From Spirochaetia bacterium (GTDB taxonomy: Bacteria; Spirochaetota; Spirochaetia; SP-2023): a stretch of 64,000 nt of DNA. The notes beneath the pieces are model-generated. The model was not told where the DNA came from. It did no database searches and saw only the letters and a list, made by a program, of their open reading frames with translations. The stretch's first letter is position 1, and every line of letters begins with the position of its first letter. Of the stretch, positions 58,053-64,000 are shown piece after piece. The DNA lies in contig OZ253665.1 of NCBI GenBank assembly GCA_965263295.1, positions 288,001 through 352,000 of the forward strand, written 5' to 3'. Made by a program: the position numbers and the translations under genes.

Positions 58053-58940
58053 TTAGCTCATTGTCTGCTTGGCCTCTTGCCACAGGGCTTCCATTTCGTC
58101 TAGGCTGCTCTCTTGCAGTGAGCGGCCCTGGGCGGCCAACTGCTGTTCAATGTACTCAAAGCGGCGTCGAAACTTTTGGGCACTGCGCTCCAGGGCTAAC
58201 TCTGGGTTCAGAGAATGGACGCGGGCCATGTTGACCACGCTGAAAAGCAGGTCTCCGAGCTCCTCTTCTAGCCTTTGATCCTGTGTTTGGGGTTGTGAAT
58301 TTGGCAATAGCTCTTGCTGGAATTCGGCCAATTCTTCGGCAATCTTGTCGGCGCTGTCTCGACTGGCTGACTCAGCTGGCCAGTCAAAGCCCAACTGAGC
58401 CGCCCTTTGCTGCAGTTTCAAGGCATATAATAGGCAGGATGCTCCCTGATGGATGGCGCCTAGTAGCGATGGCGTTTGATCTCTGGTCCGGAGATTGGAC
58501 TCTTCGTCTTCTTTGATTTTCTGCCAGTTACTTAGGGCTTGCTCGGCATTGTCGGCATGAGCTGTGCCGAATACATGTGGATGGCGACGGATCAGCTTGG
58601 CCCGCAAATCAGTGATTACCTGGTTGAGGAAGTGGCTTGGGCCAAACTGCGCTTGGCGCCCAGCGCTGTCCGGGGTTTGTTGAGAATTGGCAATGTCGCT
58701 CAGAAGTATTATATTTAGCAGCAAGTCGCCCAGCTCTTCGCGCAAATGCGGCAGGTCTCTGCAGTTAATGCTGTCTATGACTTCCCAAGATTCTTCTAGC
58801 AGGCAGGAGCGCATACTCTCCAGAGTTTGTGCGCGATCCCAGGGACAGCCGTCAGGGCCTCGCAGCTGGGCAACGACTTGCAGCAATCGCTCAAATACGA
58901 CACGGATATCTGACTGCTGTGGGCTTACTTTTGTATCCAT
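58053..58940 (-). CDS. mazG: Nucleoside triphosphate pyrophosphohydrolase MazG
   Basis: LRGPDGCPWDRAQT, EELGDLL, KLIRRHPHVF, GFDW, KFRRRF. Confidence 0.95.
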   Translation of the reverse strand: MDTKVSPQQSDIRVVFERLLQVVAQLRGPDGCPWDRAQTLESMRSCLLEESWEVIDSINCRDLPHLREELGDLLLNIILLSDIANSQQTPDSAGRQAQFGPSHFLNQVITDLRAKLIRRHPHVFGTAHADNAEQALSNWQKIKEDEESNLRTRDQTPSLLGAIHQGASCLLYALKLQQRAAQLGFDWPAESASRDSADKIAEELAEFQQELLPNSQPQTQDQRLEEELGDLLFSVVNMARVHSLNPELALERSAQKFRRRFEYIEQQLAAQGRSLQESSLDEMEALWQEAKQTMS

Positions 58941-59111
58941 AATATTCTCCCCTCCCTACATCTATCTATAGAGGTGTTTTTTCTCTAAAATCATCGGTAG
59001 TTGGTTTAGAGTAAATTTGAATCAAGCTAGGTGAAAATGAGGGTTTATGCAAGTCCCTCCAAACATTTGTTTTGGCCATAAAAACTTGCATAAACAATTG
59101 CATGGAAATTT

Positions 59112-59630
59112 GTGGTGAATGACGAGAACAACTGCTTTGAGTGTAAGGAGAAATGGCACAGCTGTAGCCCGCGCAACAAAGCCCTAAGGTTTTTAAGCAT
59201 AATCTGGTGCGGATCTTTGGTTATGTTAGCCCTAGTGATCTCGGCTTGTCTGGATACGAGTCAAGAAAGTTTTGCAGTGCGCAATACGTATTGGACTGGA
59301 GAGACCCCAATTCCTGAGTATTTTATAGCTACAGGTCCGCCTATAGATATAAAAATAAGATTTGGAGTGAGCCAAGTACATATCTCTTATGGGAATTCTA
59401 CTTACGATGCCTCTTATACTCACGATGCCCGCCAACTTCAGGGCGGTATTTTCATTGAGGATTTTAAGTTCGATGACGGCAGCTCAAAAGATGTCTTCTG
59501 GCTGTTTACAGTGGCAAAAGATACGCGATCAATGTCGCTTACAATGTTCCCCGCCGATCCGAGCATTAGCTGGTCTCTTTTCAGCCTCCCTGGTGAATAT
59601 CCGAAGGTATCGGTGGTATTATCACGCTAA
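59112..59630 (+). CDS. Hypothetical lipoprotein
   Basis: Hydrophobic stretch plus a VISA-C lipobox, then a beta-rich domain. The start codon is uncertain. Confidence 0.55.
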   Translation: MVNDENNCFECKEKWHSCSPRNKALRFLSIIWCGSLVMLALVISACLDTSQESFAVRNTYWTGETPIPEYFIATGPPIDIKIRFGVSQVHISYGNSTYDASYTHDARQLQGGIFIEDFKFDDGSSKDVFWLFTVAKDTRSMSLTMFPADPSISWSLFSLPGEYPKVSVVLSR

Positions 59631-59848
59631 AATTGAAGATGCCAGCCGCCTGCAACTTATGTGGCCCCCAGCTGAGACCTGTTGGAGACCTAGCGAGCCA
59701 AAAGGACGCGGCGACAAACATTTTCAGTAATTTTAATTCGGTCTTGATAAGTTTGCCTTGACAGAGAACCTTTTCATGTTGAATTCTTTTATTGTTTTTG
59801 TTATAAACTCAGCAGATTTTTGCAGCAGGTATACATGAGGAACCCACG

Positions 59849-60976
59849 ATGGAGCAAGACCTTTCCCTGGCTCTGGTCACCTGTCCCGGGGGGGCGGCCT
59901 TTGCCAAAAAAATCGACCATTATTTGTATTCGCGTTACACCAATGCCAAACTTTCAGGTACTATCCATCCCCAAAGTTTTCTCGTCCCCTGTGAACATAC
60001 TGTGTTTGCTAACGGTGAAGTTAAAGCTTCGGTTGGGTCTTCTATTCGGGGCAAGAATGTTTTTATCATTCAAGATGTAACTAATAATCAGCCAATTACA
60101 ATCAACGGCAAGCTGCACCAGTTTTCCATCAACGACCACTTGCTATCGTTATTTGTAACCTTGGATGCCGTTTACAGTAGTGATGTCGAGCAAATATCCC
60201 TGATATTACCATATTTTCCTTACAGCCGGCAACACGTGCGCAAGGGCCGTGAAGGCCTGGCCGCCGCTCGTATTTCACGGCAGCTGGAAGACCTTGGCGC
60301 CAAGCGTATCATTACCTTGGATATCCACTGCAAGGAAATTGAAAACGCCTTTCACAAAACTAATTTGGAGGATTTACACGCTTCATATCAGATCATGCGA
60401 GAGCTGCTTTATAAGGTGAAGCGCAAAGATCTGATGATTGTTTCACCGGATGTCGGTGGGCTCGGACGCAATCGTTTCTTTGCCAATGCCCTCGGCTGTC
60501 CCCTCGGGGCCATATATAAGGAGCGCGACTACAGCCGTGTCTCGGCTAATGCCGAGGATAATAATATTATCAATATGCGCCTGCTGGGGGATGTCCAGGG
60601 GGCTACCGTGTTTATTGCGGACGACATTTTGGGCACGGGCGGCACTATGATTAAGGCCATGCGCATCCTTAAAGAACATGGCGCGAAAGATATACTTTTA
60701 GGTATATCCTTGCCGCTGTTTAATGGCGATTCTATTGAGCATTGTGACAAGGCGTATGAAGAAGGTTTGTTTTCGTATCTGATCGGTACTAACGGGGTTA
60801 TGTTGCCACCAGAAGTGCTTACCAAGCCTTGGTTTGTCGAGGCTGATGTCTCGAAATTTTTCGGCCAAGTCATCGACCATATCTATCATAACCATTCTGT
60901 GACTCACCTGTTGGATAACCGCGAAATGATTTTGCGTCTTTTTTCCCGCCATCCCAAGCTGGCGCAAGAAGACTGA
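59849..60976 (+). CDS. prs: Ribose-phosphate pyrophosphokinase
   Basis: FANGEVK, PYFPYSRQ, TLDIH, VSPDVGG, DDILGTGGT. Confidence 0.93.
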   Translation: MEQDLSLALVTCPGGAAFAKKIDHYLYSRYTNAKLSGTIHPQSFLVPCEHTVFANGEVKASVGSSIRGKNVFIIQDVTNNQPITINGKLHQFSINDHLLSLFVTLDAVYSSDVEQISLILPYFPYSRQHVRKGREGLAAARISRQLEDLGAKRIITLDIHCKEIENAFHKTNLEDLHASYQIMRELLYKVKRKDLMIVSPDVGGLGRNRFFANALGCPLGAIYKERDYSRVSANAEDNNIINMRLLGDVQGATVFIADDILGTGGTMIKAMRILKEHGAKDILLGISLPLFNGDSIEHCDKAYEEGLFSYLIGTNGVMLPPEVLTKPWFVEADVSKFFGQVIDHIYHNHSVTHLLDNREMILRLFSRHPKLAQED

Positions 60977-60982
60977 TTTTTT

Positions 60983-62566
60983 GTGATCCTAGCCTGCGAT
61001 ATCGGCACTACCTATACTAAATGGGCACTGCTGTGCAATCCGCGGGAAGAGAAGCTAGGCCAGCCTATTGTTTATACTAGCCACCGTAAGTATTTGCCTC
61101 TTGAACGACAAAACGGTGAAAGCTGGCGGGCTCTACTTCAAGATATTGCTTTAATTCTCAGGCTTGTAAGTGATCCTGCTTATGCAGCTGCCAGGTTTCC
61201 AGGCTCTTGCGTGTCGGCTTCTGACATTGCGACTGTACGGCGCCTGGAAGCTCTCAGTTTCTCCAGTCATGGTCCCAGTCTGCTGGCCATTGACCGCGAT
61301 GGCCAGCCTATTGCCAGCTGTCATAACCCTGTGCATCGCACTGATCCCGGCCTTGCACAGTACCGCAGGGGGGCTTCTTTTTACCTGCCGCTGGCCCGGG
61401 CCCTGTGGGACCGTTTAAGCCTAGAGCAGCGCGGCCAGGTGGCTTGTATTCTCCCTCCGGCCAATTACATGTGCTACCTACTCGGCGGCGCTCTTTGTGT
61501 CCCTATCCCACGACACTATCAGAATTTTTACTGGCCCGAAGCCACACAGGAAGGCACAGAGGCAGAGATTAAAATAAACAGCAGTGTCAAAGATGCAGAG
61601 CTTTTACCTCTTTTGCCTCGGCTCTGCGACTTTAGTGCCAGCGTTGGGCGGGTACAGGTTTCAGCCCTGCGTCTACACGGCTTGCCGCCAGAGTTGGAGG
61701 CCCTGCCACTGTTCTGCCCTGGTGTGGATTTTTTTGCCGCCGAAGCGGGTCTGAGTCACAGCTGCGATACTCTATTGCGCAATCGTACTGGTACCTCCGA
61801 AGGATTTAATCTCTTTCTGCCGCGACATTATACGATTGATGCAGAAGCCAAGAGTTTGCGAAATCCGCCCGGCTATTTCCTAAATTACCATGTGATCAAT
61901 AAGCGGCCCGTCCTCTCTTACGTACAGGAAGGTAGTGGCAAGCTATTCGGGCAGTTATTTGAACTTTGGCAAGCCTACAAGCAGCTTCCATCTGGAGGTC
62001 TGCCCGCAAAACCGGAGCCTTGTTCTCTAGCCGGCTTTGTGAAGGCCGAAACGCATGCCAATGCTCCGCATTGTTCAGCTTGGCAACGTAGTCAGGAAAA
62101 CCTGATGTTGCAGGAAATTATTTTAAATGCTAGCTCAAATGAGCTGCGTAGGGCAGAACAGTATGCACAGAACTTTGTCCAGGCCAGACACCCGATTAGC
62201 GAATTTTTGAGTTCTCTTTCAGACGCTTTTCCTGTCGTTGAATTTCCCTTGTTGGGATTGTATGGAATTCAATTGTTGGTACAGTTTTTTGTGTGGCACA
62301 GTCAGATCATATTTGAATTGTACAGGCAATATTCTGGCAGGCCATTCTGCCAAGAGCGGCAAGCCCTGCTTTCGGGAGGGCAGGCCTATTATCCGGTTTG
62401 GCTGAATTGGAAGGCCCGACAAAGCGGCATTGTCATTCATACACCGAGTATTTGTGATGCCGAATTTATTGGAGCGGCTGCGATCTGCTACTACCGTTTG
62501 GGATATTTTGACTCCATTGAAATGGCCAGCAAACATTTACTTAAAATTTCATACACCTACACCTAA
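60983..62566 (+). CDS. FGGY-family carbohydrate kinase (divergent)
   Basis: ACDIGTTYTK, SFSSHGPSL, GVDFFAA, NRTGTSEGFN, LSGGQA, EFIGAA. Confidence 0.7.
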   Translation: MILACDIGTTYTKWALLCNPREEKLGQPIVYTSHRKYLPLERQNGESWRALLQDIALILRLVSDPAYAAARFPGSCVSASDIATVRRLEALSFSSHGPSLLAIDRDGQPIASCHNPVHRTDPGLAQYRRGASFYLPLARALWDRLSLEQRGQVACILPPANYMCYLLGGALCVPIPRHYQNFYWPEATQEGTEAEIKINSSVKDAELLPLLPRLCDFSASVGRVQVSALRLHGLPPELEALPLFCPGVDFFAAEAGLSHSCDTLLRNRTGTSEGFNLFLPRHYTIDAEAKSLRNPPGYFLNYHVINKRPVLSYVQEGSGKLFGQLFELWQAYKQLPSGGLPAKPEPCSLAGFVKAETHANAPHCSAWQRSQENLMLQEIILNASSNELRRAEQYAQNFVQARHPISEFLSSLSDAFPVVEFPLLGLYGIQLLVQFFVWHSQIIFELYRQYSGRPFCQERQALLSGGQAYYPVWLNWKARQSGIVIHTPSICDAEFIGAAAICYYRLGYFDSIEMASKHLLKISYTYT

Positions 62567-62845
62567 TTTTTTTAAGATTCACAGTTTTTTTATAAAAAAT
62601 GGCCCTGAAATATAATTCTTTGCCAATATCATCAAACAAAATATTTATACAGAGTAAATATCAGCTTCAAACTATAACAATTAAATAATATATAATATTT
62701 TATACTGCAAGTAGTTTTTATTGATTGTCTTTATTGAGACTCATTACCAAGTTAATGATGTTTATTTAATTTGTATATCAGTTATTTTAAAAATGTACTA
62801 TCTTGATATTTTAGATTTGAACTGTTATAATTACCAAGCTTGTGA

Positions 62846-64000
<1,155 letters not shown>

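Overview
This is a chromosomal segment from a spirochaete (Spirochaetota), inferred from the FlcA-like flagellar collar protein, flgF/flgG, a PUR/BpuR-like protein and the surA-nusB-TPR synteny. Most of it is housekeeping: recQ (partial), the yajC-secD-secF-ispH-tpiA-secG cluster, surA-nusB, pdxST, apt, dapF plus an aminotransferase, ogt, eno, lnt, feoAB, mazG, prs and nifJ/PFOR (partial). There are two accessory hot-spots. (1) At 18.7-20.6 kb, an orphan HrgA/COG2958-like nuclease sits next to an internally deleted IS5 (IS427-group) element that has truncated a GST gene and is fused in frame to it. (2) At 27.9-32.6 kb, a repeat-rich lipoprotein carries an (AT)13 tract in its signal peptide (a phase-variation candidate). 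It is followed by a decayed duplicate of nfeD that is split by a ~1.15 kb AT-rich cassette. That cassette has its own sigma70 promoter, a ~90-nt structured leader RNA with a repeat and two coupled, uncharacterised membrane-protein genes; it is the best candidate here for an undescribed system. Other points of note are a perfect 31-bp inverted repeat, a GH63-like protein with both likely catalytic acids replaced by Gln, a uORF before pdxT and a PUR / cNMP-bPH / PilZ cluster. No rRNA, tRNA or CRISPR array was seen. All family assignments come from motif recognition by eye; no database searches were run.
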